A stretch of DNA of 62,891 nucleotides, filler included, from Cercozoa sp. M6MM (taxonomy: Eukaryota > Protista > Endomyxa: Ascetosporea), in the NCBI GenBank assembly GCA_040357565.1. It is 10 parts of 10 records of this genome, joined end to end, with 100 filler letters (N's around TTAATTAATTAA, not from the genome) between each part and the next. Parts side by side here need not be neighbours in the genome. Positions count along the whole stretch, not along the records: positions 42,347 to 51,957 come from JBDODJ010000472.1; positions 52,058 to 53,524 come from JBDODJ010002017.1; positions 53,625 to 58,145 come from JBDODJ010001117.1; 7 more parts are not named here. One strand, written 5' to 3'. Shown here piece after piece: positions 42,388-53,673 of this stretch. Position 1 is the stretch's first letter. Each line of letters opens with the position of its first letter. Under the pieces are notes generated by a model. That model had not been told where the DNA came from and searched no databases. It saw nothing but the letters and a program-made list of their open reading frames with translations. The translations under genes and the position numbers were made by a program.

Positions 42388-43612
42388 CAAGTGATTGATT
42401 CGCAACATGTGGCTCGTCTGGATACCAACTTGGTAGCTTCCTTGTTTACCCCCCCCCCCCCCGTTAATCCCCTACCCCCTCTCGATGTAGGAGTGGTCGC
42501 ATCAGTTGGACTCCGAGGCAGCGCAAGACGTCGATCCGCGCGCGTTCTTCTTGCTGCGCGAACTGCTGGGTCGCGGTGCTTTCGGTAGGTTTTGCCTCAC
42601 TCCTCCCACCCTCTCCCCCACCCCCTCCCCTTGTACATGTGTTTGTGTAGGATCGGTGTACAGGTGTCAGGCCGTGTCGGGAGGATTCGAGGTAGCCTTT
42701 GCTTGTGTTTAACCCCATCTTTACCTCTCTTACCTCCTCTTTACCCCCTCTTTACCCCCTCTTTACCCCTTCCCCGTGTGATGGTAGTGTGCGGCGAAAC
42801 TGATCAATTTTGAACTGGCCACGGCGCTGCACGACGATGATGAGGTTTCTTACCCCTCCCCTGCCTCCTTTATTCCCTTTACCCCCCCCCCCATTACAGA
42901 AACGCGCACTGGCCGAAGTGCGACACGAGATTACGATTCTCAAAATGGTGCGTGTTGAGTTCTTTTTCCCTCTGGCTCCTTGCATATTTACCCCACCTTA
43001 TTGTGTGTAGCTAAAGCACCCGAACTGCGTGCAGTACTACGGCAGTTGCGGACCCGATCCGAAGGTAGATGTGGCGTTTTAACTCCCACCCCATTGCCTC
43101 ACTTCTTCTACCCCTCCCCCTCCCCCTGCAGGGCTCGTTGTGGATCCTGACGGAACTGTGTGAAGGTGGCGCACTTCGCGATCAGTTGCGCAAGCGCAGA
43201 CTCTGCGAGAGTGAGATTGGTAGGTCATTTACCCTCTCCCCATCCCCACTTACCCCCTAGTGTGCTACAGCTGCTGTGATGCACGCGGCACTGTCGGGAT
43301 TGGCCGCTATGCACGCACAGAGGTATCTCATGGCTTTTTTAATGGAGACTTTACTCCCGCCCCTCGCAGGATCGTGCATCAGGACATCAAGTCGATGAAC
43401 ATTCTTCTGACCAAGACTGGGCAGGTACTCGCATTTTGCACTGGCTATCTGACCCTCTTCTACGCCCCCCCCCCCCCCCTACAGGTCAAACTGGCCGATT
43501 TCGGTATTTCGCGCACACTCGCTGACATGACTTCTACTCGGTACACACAGGATCAATAGACTCGTCTGTGTGTTTTCCACGTGTGCCTGTGTCTGTGTTT
43601 GGTTGTGTGTGT

Positions 43613-43664
<52 letters not shown>

Positions 43665-43674
43665 NNNNNNNNNN

Positions 43675-43723
<49 letters not shown>

Positions 43724-44771
43724 ATAGGAGTCGCCGGAAACGCAAAACGAAGCGGCGACTGACGTTTTTTGGACTCGGCGCTGGCAGTGAGTTTTAAATG
43801 CGTTTTCGGCCATCAGCACTCGTGCTTAGTGCATATGGTGTGCAGAAAACGACTCAGACGACGAAGAAGACGAGGAAAAACTCTTTTGTGGCTCGCCACT
43901 CTGGATGGCACCTGAAGGTCTGTTTCGCGAGGGTTTTGTTGTGTTTCTAATGTGCACATTTGTGGAAACACTGGTGTGATCGCTGTGCAGTGATTTCGCG
44001 CGAGCAAGCAGCATCGTTTTCTTCGGACATCTGGTCACTCGGAATCACGGCGCTAGAGTTGTTTGAGGGTACAGACTGTGTTCTTTGGCGTCTGTTGTGT
44101 GACAGAGTATGTGCTTTAAGGCAACCCACCGCGAAGTGCACTCGGGACGTTTCTGCAGCTCCAGCGTGTCATTGTCGCTAGCGATGTAGCCACATTATAG
44201 CCTCTCCCCACCCCTGCTAGTCACCCTGCTAATCTGTACGTTGGCAGGCACCGATGCCGCGTGAGAAAACGAGTGCCGAGTTCGAAGATTTCTTACGCCA
44301 GTGTTTGCAGAAGGAGGTATGTCTGTTTGTTTAGGAACGGAGGGGTATACCATGTAGCATATCGTGTGCACAGCCTGGCAAGCGACCCACGGCGGAACGA
44401 CTGCTGCGACACCCGTTTGTTACGCGTTCACATGTTCGTTATTCTTTTTTGTTAAGGGGAAGCTTCCGATGATATGTGCAAATTGCGATATGCAGGAAGC
44501 GGCGGCACAGTCGCTGGCGAAGCTGGTATTGCAGGAGTACGACCCTGACGCGGAAGATCCTACCCTCAACCTCGCCGATAGCGGCCGTGTCAAACTGTAG
44601 TTCTACCCCCCCCCCCCCCCCACACCCGATCCCCCACCCCCTTTACCCCCCCCCCTTGTGCAGGGGTATGAAACCACCGGCTAAAACGCAGCGTCTGGGC
44701 GAAACTGTTCAATGTACTACTTCCCTCATGTCTGTATACGTGTGTGTGTCTGTATACGTGTGTGTGTGTGT

Positions 44772-44821
<50 letters not shown>

Positions 44822-45202
44822 GTGTGCAGTACCTGCGGGTGATACGGAACCCGTTGTACGTTGGCTGTCTGTGTGTGTGTGTGCATGTGTGCATGTGTGT
44901 GTATGTACGTATGTGTAGATTCGATTCACGCCGAAGAAATCGAACTCGATCAACGCCGGCGCAGACGAACTCGCCGCGCCGCTGCTGGCCTCAGCCGGTG
45001 CTCGCAGCGACAAGCTTTCTGTCGGTACCCCAGCCCTTACCCCTCCCACATCCTACTTGTTGCGCGCTCTGCACCCATAGATACCGACGCTGTGGTCGTC
45101 GGAGCAGCAGAAGGCAACACTGGCATCTGCTGGGCCAAGTGGGTCCTGCTTGGTGCTGTGATCGCCGTCGGTGTCGGCGTCGCCGTGTGGGCTCTTCCTT
45201 GA
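42388..45202 (+). CDS. STE20-like Ser/Thr kinase with C-terminal transmembrane anchor, 5' partial
   Basis: LGRGAFGSVY, AAK, EITILKMLKHPNCVQYYG, LWILTELCEGGAL, IVHQDIKSMNILL, VKLADFGIS, GSPLWMAPE, DIWSLGITALEL, RPTAERLLRHPF; last exon WVLLGAVIAVGVGVAVWALP*. Confidence 0.9.
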
Positions 45203-46944
45203 CTGACTCTCGAGTCGGATGGATCCTTCCCAGTCCGCACTGAAATACTATGCTAGTTGGTTTCAAGCAACGCACACGCCAGCCACAGTCGCGGCACCTT
45301 TGGACTTATTGCAATTGATTGTCGTTGCGTGCAAATTTAACTTCACTTCGCTAGTTCTCACGTGCACAAAGTATGCCCTGTGTAAGTTAAGTTGCTCTTT
45401 ATACTGGGGACACAGCATGAACTCTCGCACTATCCGCGCGGAGGCAAAACTCAAGAGAGGTGGAAGATTTCCTTGAGCAAGCTTACTTCACGCCAACTTA
45501 AGTACTGAGTTCCGACGACGCCTTTTTCCATCTCAAAAACCCTTTTGCTGACTATCCTCTACAGTTTCGGGCGACTTTGTCCACCAGTGTTTCGCCGCCC
45601 AACGACCAACTTACTCTCAAACGAAGTCAGCGTCCAAGCGCCGACGTAGCTGCCGGGCGGCGACGGTGGCGGACGTCTTGCCAGCGGAGTGAGTCACATC
45701 ATGCCCACTTGCCTCTTGGGATAACTCACTCCACACTCAACACGCAATGCCACTACAGCTACACGCGCTGGTCACGCACACTTCCTGCGCTGTGCATACG
45801 CCAAAACACACACGGGTGACACTGGATAAGCCAAGCGGGACCGCGCAATAAGTGTGGGGGCTTCCGAAGTACCCTCAATTTGCCAAGGCGGTATACGTAA
45901 CACCAATACTTCATGCATCACGCTAGCACTAGTTCAGCGCAAGTAGGCAGTCTTATGTTACGACCCTATCTTGGGGTAACTACATCTGAACTGACTACGT
46001 CTACTGACTCAATTCTTCTTCACATCGATTCCATTTGTTTCTGTAGTCTTTTTCCTGGCATAGTACTCTTTTGCACTCCCAAAGCCTCAATTTCTGAAAG
46101 GCTGCGGTAACACTTACGTCGTGAGTTTCAGTTAAAACCAACCTGCCGAACCCGTCCCAGCGGTTAGTCAGTCAGTTCCTTATGATCTGGCTCCAATCAA
46201 GTGGTTAATTTGTCGTGTTATCGCAATCGGCGGGTGATGGTGACGGCACAGCGACCTCTTCGGTTTGAGACTCTTGGCGACGCATGTGCACCGAGCGCGT
46301 CGAAGTCGACGGCACCAAGAGTTGCGGCAAGCGGTACTTCTGTTCCTACGGCAGACACACATACACACATACACACACAGACACAGACACAGACAGAGAC
46401 ACAGACACAGACACAGACAGAGACACAGACACAGACAGAGACACAGACACCGTGGGCACGCCCTCTTGGTCCAGGACGCACATGTCGACGTTTCGCAGCA
46501 AGAGCGTGTTCTCGTCGTCCACAGCATGCAGACTGCTCTCGTGTGCATGCATTGTCGCTAGACAAAGTTTGAACACAAGCAGCAGCTACCTGCCCTCGCA
46601 CTGCCTGTTGCAGGTAGTCACAATCCGCACTTTTCTGCCTGCGCCGAATAGCTCCATATGACTGACCATCACTACGGGGTTTTTGATTTCGCGCTGCTGT
46701 ACCAAGCATATTGACGAGACGAGGTGGCAATTCGAGCGCCTTTTCGGTTGATTTCTGAACAACGCTCATGAGTCCACTGCTCACGGTAACTAAACAGATG
46801 ATCTGCTGCGCCTGGCAGCTGGAACGATCGCAAAGACCAGAAAGCTGTATCGACTCCACAAACGACTGCAGAGCCGGAACACTGAAGCACAGCACGTCAT
46901 CCCGGTCTGGTGTGTTCTAACACGTGTGTGTGCTGCGATACGTC

Positions 46945-47968
46945 ATGGCACTGGCCGCCAGTCGCGTGCTGCGTCGACTCGCGTCGCAGCAGAGACCGCT
47001 GTCGGCGATTCAGTACTTCGACACGCGTCAGAACGATGAGGGTAGCACCAATGTTTCAGCAGGCTATTGATATTGCATTTTGTATTTTGCCTCACATCGA
47101 GCGATCTGTGTGTTTTCTTTTTTGTGTTGATTTTCCTTTCTTTGGTTTTGCTTTGTGTGTTGGTGTCTGTCTGTGTGTTTGGTGTCTATCTGTGTCTGTG
47201 TCTGTGCCTGTGTCTGTGTGTGTATGTGTGTATATCTGTGTGTATATGTGTATATGTGTATCGGTGTAGTGTACGAGCCGGACTGGCAGGACCTGAAGAG
47301 CGAGTACGATCACTACATGGGCGACATGTGGAACTTCCTCGACAACCTCGGCGAGGACATCTTCAGTCCGGCCACCTTTCGCGGCCACGCTCTCGTGTTC
47401 TCGCAGAACTTTGCGCCGGCCGTGACGATCCTGTACCCGGTAAAGCAACCCTCCACGAGGGCAACTCAACTCAAGCAATGCAACAGAGTTGCATTCTGGT
47501 GCATGGTGTATGTGTTTGCATGTGTGCAGATGGAGAAGGGCCCGATCTCGTCGCGCTTCCGTGGCGAGCACGCGCTGCGTCGCTACCCATCTGGCGAGGA
47601 GCGCTGCATCAGTTGCAAGCTCTGCGAGGTCGTGTGTCCGGCCCAGGCCATCACCATTGAGGTAGGTGTCCCTGTGCTTCCTTGTGCTTGCCGCCAAGTC
47701 TACATATACGTGTGTGTGACAGGCACAACCGCGTGCTGATGGCGCTCGCCGCACGACGCGATACGACATCGACATGACCAAGTGCATCTACTGCGGCTAC
47801 TGCCAGGAGGCGTGTCCCGTCGACGCCATCGTGCTGGGACCGAACTTTGAGTTCGCGACCTACACGCGCGAGGAGCTCCTCTACGATAAGCAAAAGCTGC
47901 TGGACAACGGCGATCGGTGGGAGCCAGCGCTTGCCACGGCCATCTACATGGAGAGGCGCTACCGTTAG
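46945..47968 (+). CDS. NDUFS8: Mitochondrial complex I 2x[4Fe-4S] subunit (TYKY/NuoI), 4 exons
   Basis: Presequence-like [12 protein letters not shown]; TILYP|[44 protein letters not shown]; [24 protein letters not shown]. Confidence 0.97.
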
Positions 47969-48417
47969 TGTGTGCGCTACCTTAGTGTGTGGGGCGGCGC
48001 TGCTTTCTGCCGTTCCACTTGGGCGCTTTCTCGGTATCGCCCCGGCCAGGTAGTAAATCCGAGTTGGTGAAGGTATACGTGCGTAAAAGTACTGTACCGT
48101 AACTCAATACCATCGCATATATCGTCTGCGTAGTCCCTCAGGACTTGTGTTGTACATAGCTCAGTGCGCTGATGCTCGATAGAACTACCGTAGTAGCACG
48201 CTAGACACCGCGAAGCTTGAGTCAAGTGAACGAACGCTGGGATGAGTAGTTAGTTAGTTGTATGTAGCTGCCTTGGTGGGCCACGCTGGGATGAGTAATT
48301 TATGTTACGTTTGACTTTCACTCGTCTTCTTTTCTTAGTTCGTTCCCTTTCGTTCAACGACATTTTGACTCGCAGCGAGAGGCGCAAGGGTTGGCCTATT
48401 CTAGGACTCGCTGGCAG

Positions 48418-48793
48418 TTACGCGCACGTGCAGTTGTCCTGTCAGAAAATTAGGCAGTGAACAAATAAACAGGAAAGAGATCACAAAAAGACAGCGTACG
48501 CCACATGCACAGGCCTCGCACGTGCAGTTCGGGTTGCTGCAGCCGGACGTCTTGCAGCTGGCACAGCACGATTTGCACTTGCAGTTCTGTGCCAAGCGTG
48601 ACAAATAAACAGTCAAACAATATTTAGGTGTCGGATGGTACCTCCTGGCACTGGCAGTTGGTGCCACAAGCACAGTTGCCGTCGCTGTCACGCTGGCATT
48701 CGTTGCAGTACTCGGTTTTGGCCGGGCTAGACAACACAAACGAGTTCAGCAAAAATTTGCAAACTTGCTCTTGGTTGTATTGCACCTCGACAT
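48418..48793 (-). CDS. Metallothionein (73 aa, 19 Cys), 4 exons
   Basis: Exons 48793-48765, 48726-48642, 48586-48500 and 48438-48418 (all GT-AG) give MSRCNTTKSNPAKTEYCNECQRDSDGNCACGTNCQCQENCKCKSCCASCKTSGCSNPNCTCEACACGDNCTCA*. Confidence 0.88.
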
Positions 48794-49699
48794 GACGGGG
48801 ATTGACTTTGGCTTACACGAATCTACCACTCAATGTGTTGCTAAAGGACGTTTTGAAGCGGCGTTTTGGTGGTCATCGACTCATCGCAGAGCCGATACGC
48901 CAATCGTGACCCAAGAACAGATCATCATTCTTGCATTCTGCACTTGATCTCATCCGCGAGGTGGTGCAGCAGGTACAGTATCGCCTGTACCGAAGTCCAT
49001 GTATCCGTCCACCTCAAATAACAGTCCGTTATTTTAACGCTGCAAATCGAGGTGGAGAAACGTCAGTATGATGCCGGTGGCGCCACTTGTAAAGAATTGT
49101 TGTAACTTGATGTGACCTGGTACCCTTCCGTCTCGTGTCGCTCGTGCGTGCAGCAGTGTTGCAGAGGTCTGAAACGTAAAAACACAGCTTTGCGAAACAA
49201 TCCGGGCGGCAATCCGAGTCGGAGCACTTTCGCTCCTCCCTGACCCGCATCGATTGTCGATCGTTATTACAATACAATGGCTACTACTCGTGAATATCCA
49301 TTCGGCAGCAGACAGCCGGATGGGTCATTCCTGACAAACGACGGTTGCCGGCGCGTTTACAATTACTTTCTCGGCGCGGGATATTTTTATGCTAAAGAGT
49401 GCGGTGGTAAGTTTACAGTTGACTTGTAAATTTACTTCGCACGAAGAAGCGGTCAGGGTTGGCCACACAGGACGCGGCAACAGATCAGCTTCCACAGGTC
49501 GAGGTTTCTTCCGACTGCCACCTTCGGCAGGAGGGCGCGACCGGAGGCTGCCACTGCGAACTGCGTCAACAATAAAGGCATTGACAGCGCACTCAACAGC
49601 AGCTGGACACCAGCAACAACAGCATGCACAGCAGCAACAACAGCTGCAACAACGACAGCTAAAACTAAAGGAATTTTGAAAAAAGTCAACAGGCATCTG

Positions 49700-50539
49700 T
49701 GAATTGGCGAGGATGAGGAAGCTCAGTACACTAAGAAACAGTATGTAAATCTAGTTTATGTGCAACACTGTACTTTACGGTACACTCGACGTCCACGTAG
49801 GCTCGGACTCCTGTTTAACGCAGGTTGTTTTATCTTCTCGTTAGCATTCCTTCACAAAGACAACATCAACAAACAATAACAAGACAGGCCAGCATGCATT
49901 CAAAAGACGAGTAAATTTACCTTGCACAAAGAAGCGATTAGGGTTGAGCCACGCAGGCCGCGCGTCTGCGGCGGCATTGCCTGCGATTGGAGGTTGCTGT
50001 TGCGGCCGACGGTTTGGAAGTCGCGGTCGACCGAACTGCGTCAACCACTAGGGTGTCGGCAACAACAACAATAAAGAGAAAACAGAGAGCACCCCGTATT
50101 CACGGTGGATGGCTGGACGAAGGTTCAACCTGCGCGGAGCTATCACGCACAAATCACACTGGAGTGACACAGAGGCAGAGCAAGAGGGATATAAATACCG
50201 CGACGATTCGCTCGGTTGTTGGCGCGCCCAGCTGCACGGCAAGCAAGCACAGGAGATAAATACTCATCCCACACAGGCACTGTATCGCGACGGCAAGAGC
50301 AGGCAACACACTACTGGTACTGTGAATTTACCAGGCGGCACAAGCACACCTCTCGCTGCAGCCTGCCTCGTGTTGTTGGCACGGTTTTGGTCGTTCTCGG
50401 CGTCCTGAGTCACTCAACGGCAAGTTAACACACACACACNNNNNNNNNNNNNNNNNNNNNNNNNNNNNNNNNNNNNNNNNNNNNNNNNNNNNNNNNNNNN
50501 NNNNNNNNNNNNNNNNNNNNNNNNNNNNNNNNNNNNNNN

Positions 50540-50582
<43 letters not shown>

Positions 50583-51873
50583 CGAAGAGCGAACGTGGAA
50601 GCACCTCATGCGGTTGCTGCCCTGGCGGCCCGACGACAGCGCGAACCACCATCGCGGGAGCAACGTTCTCGTCTTCTACTGTGTGCAGTCAGTGTTTTGA
50701 CAGTTTTGTCACATGGGTGGAGAGCGGGTCGTGAAAACACCGAAAACAGTAAAAGTAGGGCTACCGCGACGGTTCTGCCAGTTGCCGTCGCGAACGGCTG
50801 CGAGTACAAGGCCAGTTTCCTCCAAGTAGTTAAGTTGACCTCCCAAGCAGTATGCAGTGAAGCTAGTACCGAGAGGCACACGAACAGCTCTCAACGCTGC
50901 CCGCAGTGGGTAGATGTTCTCGGCATCCTGAGTAACATGCGCAAGGTTGACAACAGAGCCCACTACTTGAGCACACGGAGCACACGTGCAGAGTACCTCG
51001 CGCTCGATAGGTCGGTGCTCAGGTGGCGGTGCGGGAACGCGCTCGATTGCCGCGCCAGGAAGGTCACCGTTCTCGTCGTTTGCTGCACAGGCACACAAGT
51101 GCTCACAACATAGCCGACTATCATAAAAAGTTGAAGAAGAGTCTCCGAATCGCAGAATAGGAGTCGAGCATGCGGCATGAAACAGTATCGGTACCACGGC
51201 GGTTCTCCCAGTTGGTGGTGTTGTTGATACGGCGGACATTGCGACGCTCGACTACTTGCACGCAAAGTTCGAAGTTGTTACGAGAACACACACGAAAAGC
51301 CCTCCAAGTGAACAATCAAAGAGAGAAGGAGGTACCAAGGGGCACGCGAGCGACCACTGGCTCTTCTCGCCACCGGACGTAGTCCGACCAGTCTTCCTGA
51401 GCCAAGCCAGATAGAAGAGTTAAAACACAGGCGCTCATGTCCGAAAAATTGACCTCGTCCGGCTGGTTCTGGCGAGGCGCAACCGGCACAGGCTCTTCCC
51501 GAGCAGCGTCATTCTCTTCGTCTCCTGCATAGAAGGCACACGCACACATACACACACACCCAGGTAAGGGCCAGGCAAGACTGAAGAGAAGCGCCTCTCG
51601 TGCATGGGACAAGTACACTTACCAGGATGGTTCGGGTTGTCTTCGTTGGCGCCGCGAGCATTGTTGCGACGTCGACGCTCAGCTACGCACACACACACAC
51701 ACATACACACACAACACACACAAATCAGTCGATTTGAGCAAGGCAGAAGCACTCCACAGAAACAGAAGCAGAGACTCTGTACCAGGTGGCACACCGCGTG
51801 CAGCTCTCTGTACTTCCGGCCACGGGTAGTTGTTGGCCCAGTTCTGGTCGTTCTCAATGTCCGACCAGGCCAG
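49700..51873 (-). CDS. Low-complexity Asn/Arg/Pro-rich protein built from a repeated three-exon cassette; 5' partial, 3' end uncertain
   Basis: About 13 consecutive small exons splice in phase (0-1-1-0 cycle) with recurring motifs D.ENDQN.ANN, NW.NRR and DEN...PP..P.E. Confidence 0.6.
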
Positions 51874-52361
51874 CTGTCACCCATGAATATGATTACATGT
51901 ACGTAAATTTACACACACACACACCACCACCACCACCACCACCACCATGATACAACANNNNNNNNNNNNNNNNNNNNNNNNNNNNNNNNNNNNNNNNNNN
52001 NTTAATTAATTAANNNNNNNNNNNNNNNNNNNNNNNNNNNNNNNNNNNNNNNNNNNNATAGGGGGGTAAAATGGGGGTGTAAATAGAGGTGTAAGTAATG
52101 GTGTAAATAGGGGGGTAAAGTAGGGGGTAAATAGGGGGGTAAACTGGGGGGTAAAGTGGGGGTGTATAGGGGGGTAAATGGGGGGTAAAATGGGGGATAA
52201 GATGGGGATAAACTGGCGGGTATATAGGGGCTAACAAGGAGGTAAAGTGGGGGGGCAAAGTGGGGGGTAAAGTGGAGTGTCAACAGGGAAGTAAAATGGG
52301 GTGTAAACAGGGAAGTAAACAGGGGAGTAAATAGGGGGGTAAACAGGGGGGTAAAACTACA

Positions 52362-53510
52362 CTTGGGCTTCTTGGGCACGCGCGGCGGCGGCAGCGGCGG
52401 CACCGGCGGCAGAGACGCGATGACACGTGCCACGACACGTGCGCGATCACTCTCAGTGGTACTGTCACCGTCAGAACGATCAACAGAACGATCAACAGAG
52501 TGATCAACAGAGTGATCGGTAGAGTGATCAACAGAGTGATCAACAGAGTGATCGGAAGAGTGATCAACAGAGTGATCACTGGGCGACTTGGCACGTGTGA
52601 CCCGCACCGTCAGGTGACCCATGGCGCCACTTACACGCACGTGCGGCCGCTGCTCCCGCGTGTCGCGCGTGCTGCACACGTGCCAGTGGTAACCGACTCA
52701 CTACTCACTCAGTGGGACACGTGCCCAGTGGGACCAGTTGACACGTGCCCAGTGGGACACGTGCCAAGGGGACCAGTTGACACGTGCCCAGTGGGACACG
52801 TGCCAAGGGGACCAGTTGACACGTGCCAAGTGGGACCAGTTGACACGTGCCAAGTGGGACACGTGCCCAGTGGAACACGTGCCCAGTGGAACACGTGCCC
52901 AGTGGGAGAGACAGGGAGGCAGGTACAGGTGTCGCACGAGTGCGCGTCGCGTGTTGTGTGTCGACGCACGTGCCCACGTGGCACGGTACCACCTGCACAC
53001 ACAGAGTGACCCAGTCAGAGTGACCACCCAGTCAGAGTGAGCACGTGGTCACCCAGAGAGTGACCCAGTCAGTGAGCACGTGCAAAGAGTACCGCTCGGC
53101 CGCGACACGTGCAGTTCGCACAGGCGGCCACGCCGTCACTTTGGCCAAATCGGCCTCACTTAAGGGTGCACATTGTTAAGGGTGCGCACACATTGTTAAG
53201 GGGGCACACACACATTGTTAAGGGGGCACCCAGGGAGGGGGGTATACCTCAGAGGCCTCGGCGAGAAGTGCGGCCGCGCGTGGCGCCACCGCCGCAGCAG
53301 CTGCACCGAGTGCTCCAGCTCCGTGTCGCCCTCTGTGCACGTGCCAACCCACGTGACCCCACCCACGTGACCACCCACGTGACCCCACCCACGTGACCAC
53401 CCACGTGCCAACCCACGTGACCACCCAGTCAACCAGTCAACCCACGTGTCCAGGGGGAGGAGGGTACCAACACACACCGGCGCCTGCGACTCGTCCTGCG
53501 CCAGCAGCTC
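52362..53510 (-). CDS. Fragment of a hypothetical multi-exon protein with a (DHSV)n repeat and Pro-rich segment
   Basis: Exon-like blocks between repeat-filled introns; 12-bp repeat at 52484-52578 encoding DHSV/DRSV. Confidence 0.45.
52712..52905. repeat. Intronic minisatellite of gacacgtgcc(c/a)agtgg units; related ccacgtgacc array at 53340-53450
   Basis: About 10 copies, each containing the palindrome CACGTG. Confidence 0.9.
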
Positions 53511-53624
53511 TGGGGGAGGGGGGTNNNNNNNNNNNNNNNNNNNNNNNNNNNNNNNNNNNNNNNNNNNNTTAATTAATTAANNNNNNNNNNNNNNNNNNNN
53601 NNNNNNNNNNNNNNNNNNNNNNNN

Positions 53625-53673
<49 letters not shown>

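Noticed and set aside
45577-46900. Minus-strand gene head-to-head with NDUFS8
   Set aside because: Some exon-like blocks, but no confident start, frame or homology.
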